From positions 96,001 to 160,000 of the IMG/VR virus record IMGVR_UViG_3300045594_000116: a stretch of 64,000 bases of DNA; one strand, written 5' to 3'. Positions within the stretch are counted from its first letter, which is position 1; each line of letters begins with the position of its first letter. This document shows positions 47,764-58,477 of this stretch, in pieces. Made by a program: the position numbers and the translations under genes. This stretch comes from a virus (Duplodnaviria > Caudoviricetes). A model generated the notes under the pieces. The model was not told the DNA's origin. It searched no databases and worked only from the letters and a program-made list of their open reading frames with translations.

Positions 47764-48528
47764 ATGTCAATGAATAGAATGACTTCTCTTCTTAACAAGA
47801 TAGAGCGTCGACTTGGTACAAAGCCTCTGGGCTTGCCAGATCATTTGACTAAACCTGTATGGGCAACAGATATCATAGCCAACGATACATTAGATACATT
47901 CAGTAGATACTTTCCTCATGCAATACCATACGTCTTAACACCAGAAAGACGTAAAGGAGAATGCTGGCTTATAGATGAGAACTTATGTGATTCTATAGTT
48001 ATCCTTGGATGTGGAGATATTGACTGGCATGCATTCAGCACGAACAATCCTTCATCTGTAACGTGTGGCGGTATGTATACGCCATTGGATATGCTTACAT
48101 CTGACTATGATGTAGAAGATGTAATGATGCAGCAGATGCTTGCCGATCATACATCTATATTCAAAACCAGCATCTATCCTGAGTTCTTTGAACCGAATAT
48201 GATTAAGATGCATAGTATCGTTTCTAATAACAATCTTAACGTTCTTCAGAACATCCCAATCAGATTGTTTGTAAAGCATAGTGAAAATCTTATGACTATC
48301 CCTGCAATGAAGATGGAACTGTTTGAAGGATTGGCTACCGCAGATGTAGCAGGATTCTTGTATGAGAATCTTAAGAATTATACTATTGATACCGTGTATG
48401 CTAATATCGATATCAAAGTAGATGAGCTTAAGGATAAAGCTTCTGAACGTGAGAAATACGTAGATGAACTTAAAGAAAGCTTCGTATCCTTCAGCAATCA
48501 CTATCAGCCAATGGTAATAGCAATGTAA
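47764..48528 (+). CDS. Late structural protein, possibly neck/head completion
   Basis: Late promoter variant TACA TTTAGG TA (47733-47744); KIERRLG N-terminus. Confidence 0.5.
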   Translation: MSMNRMTSLLNKIERRLGTKPLGLPDHLTKPVWATDIIANDTLDTFSRYFPHAIPYVLTPERRKGECWLIDENLCDSIVILGCGDIDWHAFSTNNPSSVTCGGMYTPLDMLTSDYDVEDVMMQQMLADHTSIFKTSIYPEFFEPNMIKMHSIVSNNNLNVLQNIPIRLFVKHSENLMTIPAMKMELFEGLATADVAGFLYENLKNYTIDTVYANIDIKVDELKDKASEREKYVDELKESFVSFSNHYQPMVIAM

Positions 48529-48570
48529 TAGAAAAAAATAAAAGGGAAGGCACTACGCCTTCCCTGATAT

Positions 48571-49170
48571 TTATAATTTCATTGCTTTGACCACATCAGA
48601 GATCCTCCGCTTACCAATGGTAGTTATATTGATAACATCAGTTCCAATATAACCAGCCTCTGTATAGGCATTGAGTCTCTCTTGGTAGATCTCATTTTCC
48701 TTGAACTTATACGGATCTACTTCTTCCCCACGTTCAGCTTTCTCTTTCCTTCTCTTAGCGATAAAGGAATTCACAGTATCCATATCAGGATGTAGCCAGA
48801 TGACTCGGCTCGGATCTACTTGAGCATTCAGCTTAGTGCTCATTTTGATGCATAGATCCCTGAAGAACTTCAATTGCTCTTCCGTAATATATCCACAACT
48901 CTCCAGTGCAGCGGCTTGAGCCAGCGTATCCATTTGAGACCTGATAAAGATAATCTTCTTATCAGGATTGCATTTGGCTATCTGATTAGCCCTGACCATA
49001 TGAGCTACGTTCTTATCAAGAGATACAAGCAGCGAAACGAACTTATCTTTGACCTTACCACATTTGAGTCCATCAGCTGGAATACATTCACGCTCTTCCA
49101 CTAAATACTTCTTGAGCGTGCTCTTCCCAGCTCCGTGAATACCACTAATGATCCATACATTTTTCTCCAT
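48571..49170 (-). CDS. Deoxynucleoside/dNMP kinase family protein
   Basis: ISGIHGAGKST P-loop; IWLHPD...IAKR lid region. Confidence 0.75.
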   Translation of the reverse strand: MEKNVWIISGIHGAGKSTLKKYLVEERECIPADGLKCGKVKDKFVSLLVSLDKNVAHMVRANQIAKCNPDKKIIFIRSQMDTLAQAAALESCGYITEEQLKFFRDLCIKMSTKLNAQVDPSRVIWLHPDMDTVNSFIAKRRKEKAERGEEVDPYKFKENEIYQERLNAYTEAGYIGTDVINITTIGKRRISDVVKAMKL

Positions 49171-49187
49171 TTATAAATCCCCTTTGT

Positions 49188-49910
49188 TTAGTCTTCAAAG
49201 AATGAACGCTTCCCTGACTTCATAAACGTTCTTCCCTTCTTAGCAGTCATGTTATCCTCTACATTCTGCTTGGACGTCATGTCATACATATTCGTCCCAA
49301 ATGCTGGTCTACCGATATATGTACTAGCATTCTGTGAGTACAAGAACATATTCGCATTATTTAAACACTCTATCAAGCCAGACCACTTCTTCATATTCAT
49401 CAGTACATAGAGATTAGGATTTCCTAATGTAACTCGTACTGCAGCTGATGTACTTCCATTGAAATTCTCAACCACATCAGGAGTGAATACTAAATACTTA
49501 TTCAATGCCAATCCAGTTATCTCTAATGGCTCTTGAACTTTACGCACATGAACATTTCCTTTGCTGACCACGTATATCTCTTTGAAGTGATCAACTATAT
49601 GAAGTTCCATATCTTCAACGGCTTTTCTCAGCATTCGTATATCCTCATTACGTATCATAACGAATCCCTTTTCTCCGTTGACAGGATGAGATTGCTCGAA
49701 ACTGATGTATGAATCGAACTTTCTCTTTATATTGACCAACTTAGAATTGGTAGATTCATTATAATACTGAACTTCCGAATGATAATACGATCTACCAAAT
49801 TTCTCAGACTCACTATAGAGTCTCATATTGAATAGAAGGTTGGCATTCTTCCCCAGGTTCATCATCACATCTGAGATCTTATTATAGTTCTCGAATGTTA
49901 ATTCTTGCAA
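49188..49910 (-). CDS. Hypothetical early protein
   Basis: AAGGAGG 7 nt before TTG 49910. Confidence 0.65.
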   Translation of the reverse strand: MQELTFENYNKISDVMMNLGKNANLLFNMRLYSESEKFGRSYYHSEVQYYNESTNSKLVNIKRKFDSYISFEQSHPVNGEKGFVMIRNEDIRMLRKAVEDMELHIVDHFKEIYVVSKGNVHVRKVQEPLEITGLALNKYLVFTPDVVENFNGSTSAAVRVTLGNPNLYVLMNMKKWSGLIECLNNANMFLYSQNASTYIGRPAFGTNMYDMTSKQNVEDNMTAKKGRTFMKSGKRSFFED

Positions 49911-49981
49911 TTTCACACCTCCTTTACAAAATAAAAAGAGGGGATGATTTTTCACCCCCTCCTTCTACCTTTGATCGATGA

Positions 49982-51250
49982 TTATGCTACCTTTTTGCTA
50001 GCCGCCTTCTCAGCTTTCTTCTTGGATTCAGCAAGGAACTTTTCCAGCTCCTCATTGTTTACATCCTTGCGGAAGAACTGAGACCAGCTCTTGTCTCCAG
50101 TGATTGCAATGCCCCAACGAACATCGCCATAGCCGAAGAGTAATAAATTAGGATTACTGTTCGGTCCAAGATCGAGCTTATGCTCGAACTTTTCCTTATG
50201 GCCTTTCAACACAAACTCCAACTCACGCTGAATAGCCTTGAAGATCTTCGTCTTCACTGCCATGTCTACTCCGTTTAGTACCGTATCAAGAGACTCCTTG
50301 GTAATGTACTGATAAATGAACTTCGGATCGACGATTATCATCGCCGTCTTTTCGTTCTTTACGAACTTAGGCATGACGATCTTGACAAGTTCAAAGACCA
50401 TCGCCTCAAGCTTCTTCTCGTCTTCAAGCTCATTGGCTTTTTTGATGCCGGCTTTCTTGAAAGCCTTGCTGAGATTCTTGATATCGGCAAAGGCATTTTT
50501 GACCTCCGGCTTCTTGCCAATTTCTTCCATCTCCTTCACCGTTACCCCAAGCATTTTGGCAATCTTATCGGAAATTGCAGGATCGCTGTCCAGCTTGGTC
50601 ATTGCTGCTTCTACGGCTTTGAGATCGATACTATCAGCATCTTTCATACCGGCTTTGTCATCGGCCTTTGATTTTTCATCGAAGATAAGATGCATGACGT
50701 CCAACTTTGTTGGAGCGCCACCGTGAACCTGCTGGAATCCAGCCTTATCATCTTTATGAGAGACGATAACCTCCCTGGACGTTTCAATACCCTCTTTCCA
50801 GAGATTGAATTCGTCCATGGTTTTAAATTCCTTGACTCCGGATGGGAGGTTCACAGTAACCTTTCCAGTCTTTTTGTCAAGATGGCATTTAACCTTCTCC
50901 GTCTTTTTAGACGGTTCAGGCTCTTCCTTCTTTTCGATGTCTACCATCGTCGGAAGGAACTGCTTAAGTGATTTCTCAAACAGTTTCAATGCCGGGTTAT
51001 TCTTTGAGGAAATAATGTCATCTTCATCAAAGATTTTAGATTCCGATCCAAGCTGAACCTGCTCGAACCCCTCGATTCCTTTCCATACATGGATAGGAAC
51101 CACCCAGCCATTACACATGGCTTTAATAGCATCCTTGCTAAAATACCATCCTGCTTTTGCATACTCTGTGAAGGAACCGCCATCGATTCCTTTTACTGCT
51201 TCCAGATATGCTGCGATCTCTTTTTCGTTTTTCTTTACCATTGTTGACAT
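49982..51250 (-). CDS. Hypothetical Lys-rich early protein
   Basis: AGGAGG RBS; early promoter 51307-51315. Confidence 0.7.
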   Translation of the reverse strand: MSTMVKKNEKEIAAYLEAVKGIDGGSFTEYAKAGWYFSKDAIKAMCNGWVVPIHVWKGIEGFEQVQLGSESKIFDEDDIISSKNNPALKLFEKSLKQFLPTMVDIEKKEEPEPSKKTEKVKCHLDKKTGKVTVNLPSGVKEFKTMDEFNLWKEGIETSREVIVSHKDDKAGFQQVHGGAPTKLDVMHLIFDEKSKADDKAGMKDADSIDLKAVEAAMTKLDSDPAISDKIAKMLGVTVKEMEEIGKKPEVKNAFADIKNLSKAFKKAGIKKANELEDEKKLEAMVFELVKIVMPKFVKNEKTAMIIVDPKFIYQYITKESLDTVLNGVDMAVKTKIFKAIQRELEFVLKGHKEKFEHKLDLGPNSNPNLLLFGYGDVRWGIAITGDKSWSQFFRKDVNNEELEKFLAESKKKAEKAASKKVA

Positions 51251-51345
51251 AATTAACCTCCTATAAATATACAGTTTACTTATACTATTGATCATCGATC
51301 ACTGTTATAATATATCATTGAAATTAATTACTCTTACAAATTATC

Positions 51346-51606
51346 TTATGCATCTACAAGAGCGAATTCTACACTTACTTTACTAAGTTTAACAGAAACG
51401 TAAATCTTAGTTTGACGCAGTTCAGTAATCAAAGTAAGGGGTGTATTTTCCCTCATATAGATGGCAGCCTCATTATCGATATTCTCATCTTTGATCAGAA
51501 GTTCATTAGCAAGTTTAATTACTTTATTAGCTCTGATTAATCTCCATGCATTTCTGGTATTAAGCTGTCTCATAAGCTCAGCTAGTAGATCGAACTTTTC
51601 TTTCAT
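51346..51606 (-). CDS. Small hypothetical protein
   Basis: AGGGGGA RBS. Confidence 0.55.
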   Translation of the reverse strand: MKEKFDLLAELMRQLNTRNAWRLIRANKVIKLANELLIKDENIDNEAAIYMRENTPLTLITELRQTKIYVSVKLSKVSVEFALVDA

Positions 51607-51684
51607 TTCTATTCCCCCTGGATATAGACAATAAGTACCCCATATCCAATTAAGGATATGGGGTATTATCTTGCTTTGTGTGGA

Positions 51685-51954
51685 TTAAAGGTACTTCTTA
51701 ATGATCAGTACATAAGCCGGGTCCATGTACTCAGATTTGATCATTTTCTTCAGGAACTTCTTACCATTCGTAAGCTCAGCGATATGCTTTGCTTTCATGG
51801 AAACAAGTCCATTTACATTCGGACGAACAACAAGCTTCAGAAGAGTATCCTGAGCTTTTGCAAGAGCAAGATGCTCTTCGACCCGTACACGGTTAGCAGC
51901 GCTCTCTGCCAAGTATTCATCGAGTGCTTTCAGAAAATCTGCTTTCTTAGCCAT
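51685..51954 (-). CDS. Small basic late protein, probably internal head
   Basis: Late promoter AACT TAAGAG TA (52036-52025); LAE|S site; hairpin 51636-51665 downstream. Confidence 0.6.
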   Translation of the reverse strand: MAKKADFLKALDEYLAESAANRVRVEEHLALAKAQDTLLKLVVRPNVNGLVSMKAKHIAELTNGKKFLKKMIKSEYMDPAYVLIIKKYL

Positions 51955-52050
51955 TTTCTTTCCTCCATTTAAAATCAGGATATGATTTCATATCCCTTAA
52001 TTTAGTAAGGGGTTATCCCCTAATTACTCTTAAGTTATAAGTTTTGTAAA

Positions 52051-53741
52051 TTATAACGTCAAAAGATTAGTGTATGGGATATTACCATTACCAAGGGTAT
52101 TGATGCCTACTTCATCAGTTGGGAATCCTTTAAGATTATCATTAATGATATTATCGTAATCAATAAATCTAATGATCCATTCAGGAATAGGATCGCCAAA
52201 CTGAATAGCTATTGAAGTGATTCCAGCTTTATACTCTTTAGCAGAAAGAAGTTCTACTGCTTTTTTATACATAGCAGGATCATCGTTCTTGATATCTTCT
52301 ACTGTTTTCTTATCAAGTTTAGTCTTAATAATCAGAAGACTATTTCTCTTCTCAAGATCGATAGGATCGGAATCTGCCGGCCGCAATGTGTTATATGCAT
52401 ATGCTGCTTTTATACCCTGAATTCTCATTGGCATTGCATATGAAGTCATTGGTTTGATCCGTGCTGGTTTATGATAAGTGGTTTCACCGCTCACCAGAGA
52501 TTTGAAAATCTTCTTTTCCAGTACAGCCAAGCTGTTAAGAATCTTCATCTGATCCACACCAGTCTCAGAATCAAGAATCTCTTCAAAGAGAATTCTCTTA
52601 AGCTCATCAGCAGTTGACTTAGGTGTACCGGCTTTATCCAATTCCAATCCTGTTACCGATAATGCTGCACTCTTAGGAACCATGTTTCCTTCCTGAACCA
52701 ATGTATTAGCGGCATAATGCTTCTTTACATAGGTAAGAAGAATAGACTTAAACAAAAATTCATTTTTCATGATCAATAAGCATTTCCGGCCAGGACTGGA
52801 AGAATAATGCTTATCGCAGAAGTTGCGCATATAATCAAGGATAAGCTGACTGATGGTGTATGACATAATATCTATAATCGAGCACCTGAGTCCATCTTGC
52901 GGAATAAGCTTTAGCGGTTCTACCGCACGATGAGTAGCTACAAGCTTATCGTTATAGAAATCATAGTCATAATCAAAGTCGATTAATTCCACTACCTTCT
53001 TTTTAGGCATATCTCCAAACTCATCAGCTTCTATGAGTTTAATGATATCATACTTCTGGTGCTTGATAGCCATATCAATTCCCTTAGTTTTTTCTGCTAA
53101 GAACTGATACCATGCTTCAAGAGAGATTATGCAAGAATCTGTATCTACGATCAACACTGTATCTCTCGGCATAGTCTCTATGCGATCAAGCTTATCCAAA
53201 GTGATATACTCGTAATACACATATTCTTTTACCCATGCTAAGAAGATATTCATATGATCTTTAATCTCTTCTGGAACCTTATTAGGATTCAAGAATGGAG
53301 TTTTTAAGGTCATAAGCATAGAGACAAGAAATGAATTTACCTTTTTATTTTCACAGAACTCAAACAGATTATTCTTGTAATAGATTCTGTTCAAATCTTC
53401 CTGTGATACTCGGCTAAGCATATCCCAGATTATCATGGCTTCCTTCTCACTCGGAACCCACATATAACCGGTTGTTGCCATTATCTTATAGAAACACTTC
53501 GTAAGACTTATATTCTCATCGATGATATCATTGTCATTAAGCTTTCTTATTGCTTTTTCCATTCTGATATTATCGATGAATGTTACTACCTCATCCAGAG
53601 AACCAAACTGAACATTATTCGCTAAGAATGATTCAAAGAATGTAATTGATGCCGAGATAATACTCTTACCCATAGTTGTAATACTCGGCGCTACATGTAA
53701 ATTGAAGAACACCGAAGACGGTGCCCCGAACGTTCCATATA
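52051..53741 (-). CDS. polB: Family-B DNA polymerase subunit, exon 2
   Basis: Begins (T)TA TAT GGA = LYGTFG; motif C IVDTDS; KKHY; spliced product 708 aa. Confidence 0.85.
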
Positions 53742-54146
53742 CGAAATCTTAAGATAGGTCTACTGTGGATATCCACTCATTACCTATCCCTCTATTGCTA
53801 GAGCTTGATCTTTTCGATCAATGTCGAGACTATCTCTTCAACTCTAGATTCCTCTAGAGTTGGGTGGCACTTCCAACCCGTTTGGGCCGTACTTCCTTTC
53901 GGAATAGTCGTTGAACCTTCAAAAAATGTAATCTTTGAATTTGATACTGATTACAATTTAAGCTTGGCTGCTGATTGCCCATTGTACAAAGCACTTAGAG
54001 TTACTATCCCCATATGCTATCTTATAGTTTGTTTCTGCATTTCGCGACCTTTGTAAGGTACTATAAGCTTTAGGACTTCCCAGCAATTCACTCACCTTTT
54101 CGACGACCCTCACGAGCCGAAGGACCTATTGTTCTTTTGAACGTCA
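53742..54146 (-). ncRNA. Group I intron (IA-like), 405 nt, no homing endonuclease ORF
   Basis: P GAATTGCTGGGAA, Q AATCAGCAG, R GTTCAACGACTA, S AAGAGATAGTC; P7.1/P7.2 hairpins; 5' exon ends in U, intron ends in G; splicing restores KIDMNGLYG. Confidence 0.92.
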
Positions 54147-54582
54147 AGCCATTCATATCAATCTTTGCTAACAACTGCAGCAGATTGTATTTGTTAAACA
54201 TCTCCGTACCTTTAGGATACTTGAACATCTCATTCTTGTATTTGGTACGTAAGTCTGCAAGACTTTCAATGAAGTTATAGTATGGGTTTACTACATCTCC
54301 ATGTCTTGCAAAGAGAACACCATATGCAGTGATGATCGGCTTTTTACTAGATATATAATCCACCATCTGCTTAAGTGTTGAGGTAACCTCTTTGTTTTTG
54401 TAGTTATTCAAGAGAGTGCAATCTGCATCCTTGAATCTCTTTTCCATAGAGAAGTCTATCACCTTTGCGATTTCATCTTCCAATAAAGATGGAAATGCAA
54501 GTTTAAGACTTCGCATCATGACGTTTTTGTACTCTTTAAGCGGGTCGTCATCCCGCAGCCCAAGATTAAATAGTTCAGCCAT
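54147..54582 (-). CDS. polB: Family-B DNA polymerase subunit, exon 1
   Basis: Ends QLLAKIDMNG (first half of motif B); RBS AAGGAGG; early promoter 54662-54671. Confidence 0.85.
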
Positions 54583-54810
54583 TTGTCTATGTTCCTCCTT
54601 ATAATTGATTACTACCTTGTGAAGACCGGTCTAAAAAACTATAGTTACCTCCTTCAAGTATATAATATATAATAGAGATTGTCATTGTTCTAAATTTCAG
54701 TTATGTATAATATAAGTGAATAAAGAATATGCGACACAGAAAACCCCTCTACCATCGCAAGTGGTAGAGGGATATCTGCTGTCACTATTCTAGGAAGAGA
54801 GGTGACAATT

Positions 54811-54966
54811 GTGAACCATTCAGAGTTCTTGCCTAATTACATAGACAAGCATGGACCTGGCAAAGATGCAAAGTTTGATTCGAAAGAATCAGCTTTCGCC
54901 AGCATGTGGGATTTAATTTCCGCTGCCCAGGCGGCTTGGAAAAAAGAAATCTCGTTATCCCTGTAA
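54811..54966 (+). CDS. 51-aa small protein (not in the ORF track)
   Basis: GAGAGGTGA plus GTG; MNHSEFLPNYIDKHGPGKDAKFDSKESAFASMWDLISAAQAAWKKEISLSL; terminator-like stem near 54995-55029. Confidence 0.5.
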   Translation: MNHSEFLPNYIDKHGPGKDAKFDSKESAFASMWDLISAAQAAWKKEISLSL

Positions 54967-55163
54967 GACGCTTACTTAGATAATTGAGATTTGAAAAGAA
55001 GGGAGCCGAAGCAACTCCTTTCTTTTTTATTCAATATGTATATCTTATTATTTTTTCTTAATCGTAGCCAACCCTGTGCTAATTTTACTGTTTAAACATA
55101 AAAATAATCTACGGTAGTAGAAAACTAAATAGGCCTATTTAAAATATAAAGGAGGAAAATTCA

Positions 55164-55595
55164 ATGTTTATTGAAGGAAAGAATTCTGCTGTTCAGGTGG
55201 AAGGCACCGGTGTTGCCGATGAATCTGAGCTTAGAGGTTATATCTTCGAGAGCGCTGTATCTGCTATGCCGGATGAAGCTCGTAAAGCTTATCTGGAAAG
55301 CGAAGAGTGCAAGGCTGCTGTCGACGAGGGTGTTGTTGGCCGTCGTTCTATCATGCGTCTGAACAAAGCTGACGATCTGACTCGTCGTACGAAACTTGCT
55401 TGCCTGCAGAAGGCAAAGGAAGACAATACGGCAGAGTGGCAGCAGCTGCGTAAAGTTCAGGCTAAGCGCAAAGCTCTTCTGGCGAAGATCACGACGAAAT
55501 ATCAGAGCCGTGTACAGCGTGATGCTGTTAAGGCTCAGCGTGCTATGCTGAAGGTAACTCCTAATGCATTCACTGCTCCACTGAAGTTTAACTGA
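55164..55595 (+). CDS. Small basic late (internal head) protein
   Basis: Late promoter 55095-55106; MFIEG start; IFE|S site; cUUCGg terminator 55605-55626. Confidence 0.7.
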   Translation: MFIEGKNSAVQVEGTGVADESELRGYIFESAVSAMPDEARKAYLESEECKAAVDEGVVGRRSIMRLNKADDLTRRTKLACLQKAKEDNTAEWQQLRKVQAKRKALLAKITTKYQSRVQRDAVKAQRAMLKVTPNAFTAPLKFN

Positions 55596-55822
55596 TGTGA
55601 AGGTGGGGAGGACTTCGGTCCTCCTCTTTTCCTTTCGTTAGAATTTTAAGTATTCTTAACATTATGGTAGTGAATACTTTTTTGCCATGAAAGGTATACG
55701 CTCCTTAATTTATTATAACCTGATATCCGGGATGGGTCTAGGCTCATCCTGGATACCTGTGCAATTTCGATTTGAAGGATATATTATAGTATTGGTAAGC
55801 AAATATTCTATGGAGGTACAAG

Positions 55823-56152
55823 GTGAAAATAGGTATGACTATTGCTAACAAGATTGATTCATTTGGATCAAAAGCAAATTTTAAAGAATTCGAGGTGCAT
55901 CTTAGAGAAAAAGAAGATGGATATAAGTCTATCTTAGTTGCTGCTAAGACTACGTCAGCAAGAGCATTGATTACCAATGCCAACTCATTGAATGATACAG
56001 CCTATAAAATGATGGCTGGGCTTATACGTAACATAAAACCCGATGAGAAAAGATTAATCACAATGGCTAGAAATAGCAAGGTGGTATTAGTCCGTGGAGG
56101 ATATGAGAAATGTGCGGATTTAATTGGCAAATTCGTTACAGCACTATTGTAA
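55823..56152 (+). CDS. Hypothetical early protein
   Basis: Early promoter 55779-55787; GGAGGT RBS. Confidence 0.6.
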   Translation: MKIGMTIANKIDSFGSKANFKEFEVHLREKEDGYKSILVAAKTTSARALITNANSLNDTAYKMMAGLIRNIKPDEKRLITMARNSKVVLVRGGYEKCADLIGKFVTALL

Positions 56153-56217
56153 GTTTTGAATAGTATTCCAACTTCTAATTAACCTAATATAGGGATAATA
56201 ACTTAAGGAGGATAATA

Positions 56218-58353
56218 ATGGTTGCATCAAATGAAGTAGTATATTTTATGTATGCAGAATTATTAGAAACTGGTCACATGGCAATTAAGACCAGTGAAAT
56301 CAACAGATCCACATGGCAGGATCATTATGATGGCATCATGAATCTCATGAAAGATCATATTGAAACGGAGCAGTTGCAGAGCAGCTTTGTTACTGTTGAC
56401 TTTGGTAATGGGGATATTGTAGAGTTGTCTGTAATCGATCTCTATATAAATCTCATTATGTGGTATCCACTTGTATCATTGAATATTCCGATCACCGGTG
56501 AGCATTTGTATTTCAATGAATGCGAAACCCAGGATACGATTAAGAATTTCTTTGATACGTATATCATCGAAAGGTATCGTCAGTATATTGATAACACAGT
56601 GCTGAACAATATCCTCGACGATGCAGTACATAAGTTGATTGAGACAGATGCATTTGGTATGTATCTGGCTAACACAATCAATTTAAAAGATACGATTGAA
56701 CTTATGCAGGCCAATCCTGAGTTCAATAACATTCTTCATACAAGTTTGGCTAATATGCCAATGGAAGATGTTAAAGAGATCGGTATGCAGTTGACTAATC
56801 GTAGTATTGATATTATCAAAGATGCTAAGAAGTATATTGGTCATGATCACTGTCTGGCTAATAGCTTTAGAGCTCAACAGGGTATCAATATTCGTCAGTT
56901 CAAAGAGTTCCTTTTGAATATTGGTTCCAAACCTAATGGTATGGGTGGTGTTCATCCATCTATTATTGATGGATCTTATGTCGGTGGAGCACTGAACAGC
57001 ATCCTGGCTCAGTTCATTGATTCTAGTGCTTCTCGTGTAGCACAGATTCAGACTAAGGGTAACACTGGTGAATCTGGTAAGTTTGCACGAGTATTAGGCT
57101 TAAATAATATCGATAGTGATATTATGCAAGACCCTGACTATGATTGTCACACAAAGAATTTTATCGTACTTCAGATTGTTGATAAGAAGCACTTTGAAGA
57201 GCTGATCGACCGTTACTATAGATTCGATCCTGATGGTATCGATCATCTGATCACTCCTAAGGATACATTCTTGATTGGTAGAATCATTTATCTGAGATCT
57301 CCGATGACTTGTGCATCTAGTGCACGAGGCCATGGCGTTTGCCATAAATGTTATGGTGAACTTGCTTATACAAATCGGCACATCAAAGTCGGTAAGTATG
57401 CAGCTGAGAAGTTATCTGCAGAGATTACTCAGCGACAGTTGTCGGCAAAGCATCTGCTTGAAACCATCATTAAGAAATTAACTTGGTTTGGTGGGTGGGA
57501 TAGATTCCTTGCTGTAAATATGAATATCATTCAGCTTAGCAAAGAAGCTATCATCAAGAAGAATACATTCCTTATCATAGATCCAGAGTCGATCGATTAT
57601 GTGAATGAGGATGATTATGATACTGATGGCGACATCAGCACTACAGATGAATATAATGAGTATATCACTGAGTGCCGTGTTGAAACTCCTGAAGGAGAAT
57701 CGGTAATCATTGGTACTGAGAATAAGGATAAACTTTATCTCAGTAATGAACTTAAGAGTTATATGACTCATTTCGGTAAAAGAACAGAGGATGGACTTAT
57801 CTCTATCGATCTGTTCCATATCTATAATGAGAATGATGAGTTCAGCTTCTTCCTGCTCGATCTGGACAATAACGAGCTTAGTAAGACCCTTGATGATATC
57901 AGAAATCTCATCGATCTTAAACCTGTAGTGCAGTCTCATAATAAAGACAGTATTCTGCAGGAGATGCTTAGACTCGTAATCGAAGGTAAACTTCATATCA
58001 TGTCTGTGCATCTTGAGATGCTTCTTATGGATCAGATCAGAGACGCTGATAATGTATTGGAAAAACCTGATTGGAGTAAGAAGAATGCTCCGTATCAGCT
58101 TCTGACGCTGAATCAGTCTCTTCTCAAGAATCCGAGCGTTACAGTAACGTTACTTTATCAGTATTTGAGCAAGGTACTTTACAATCCGTTGACGTTTAAG
58201 AAACATGCTCCATCCAGACTTGATCTGTTCTTCATGAAACAACCTCAGCAGTATCTCTCTAATCAGAGCAATATTGCTGAAACAAAACCAGTCAACACCG
58301 GAAAGACTAGGGTAATCACGAAGTATAGAGTTCCTGGAGAGCCAGATTGCTAA
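56218..58353 (+). CDS. rpoC: RNA polymerase beta-prime C-terminal subunit, probably of the non-virion RNAP
   Basis: Bridge-helix-like TGESGKFARVL; LRSPMTC..GVCHKCYG; trigger-loop-like VGKYAAEKLSAEITQRQLSAKH; downstream of an early promoter. Confidence 0.85.
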   Translation: MVASNEVVYFMYAELLETGHMAIKTSEINRSTWQDHYDGIMNLMKDHIETEQLQSSFVTVDFGNGDIVELSVIDLYINLIMWYPLVSLNIPITGEHLYFNECETQDTIKNFFDTYIIERYRQYIDNTVLNNILDDAVHKLIETDAFGMYLANTINLKDTIELMQANPEFNNILHTSLANMPMEDVKEIGMQLTNRSIDIIKDAKKYIGHDHCLANSFRAQQGINIRQFKEFLLNIGSKPNGMGGVHPSIIDGSYVGGALNSILAQFIDSSASRVAQIQTKGNTGESGKFARVLGLNNIDSDIMQDPDYDCHTKNFIVLQIVDKKHFEELIDRYYRFDPDGIDHLITPKDTFLIGRIIYLRSPMTCASSARGHGVCHKCYGELAYTNRHIKVGKYAAEKLSAEITQRQLSAKHLLETIIKKLTWFGGWDRFLAVNMNIIQLSKEAIIKKNTFLIIDPESIDYVNEDDYDTDGDISTTDEYNEYITECRVETPEGESVIIGTENKDKLYLSNELKSYMTHFGKRTEDGLISIDLFHIYNENDEFSFFLLDLDNNELSKTLDDIRNLIDLKPVVQSHNKDSILQEMLRLVIEGKLHIMSVHLEMLLMDQIRDADNVLEKPDWSKKNAPYQLLTLNQSLLKNPSVTVTLLYQYLSKVLYNPLTFKKHAPSRLDLFFMKQPQQYLSNQSNIAETKPVNTGKTRVITKYRVPGEPDC

Positions 58354-58477
58354 TCTATATGTAAGAGATATTAAGGCTGCTCATCCGGGCAGCCTTTTTA
58401 TTTTTTCTGACATTTCAATAAAAATGATGGGTATCTTATCCATCCTCTACCTTTATACAAGCAAAGGGGAAATGAAC

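Noticed and set aside
53805-54056. 83-aa ORF inside the intron as a homing endonuclease
   Set aside because: It is on the opposite strand, runs over the ribozyme core and has no nuclease motif.
52051-54582. DNA polymerase as a pseudogene or two separate genes
   Set aside because: The gap is a complete group I intron whose removal restores frame and motif B.
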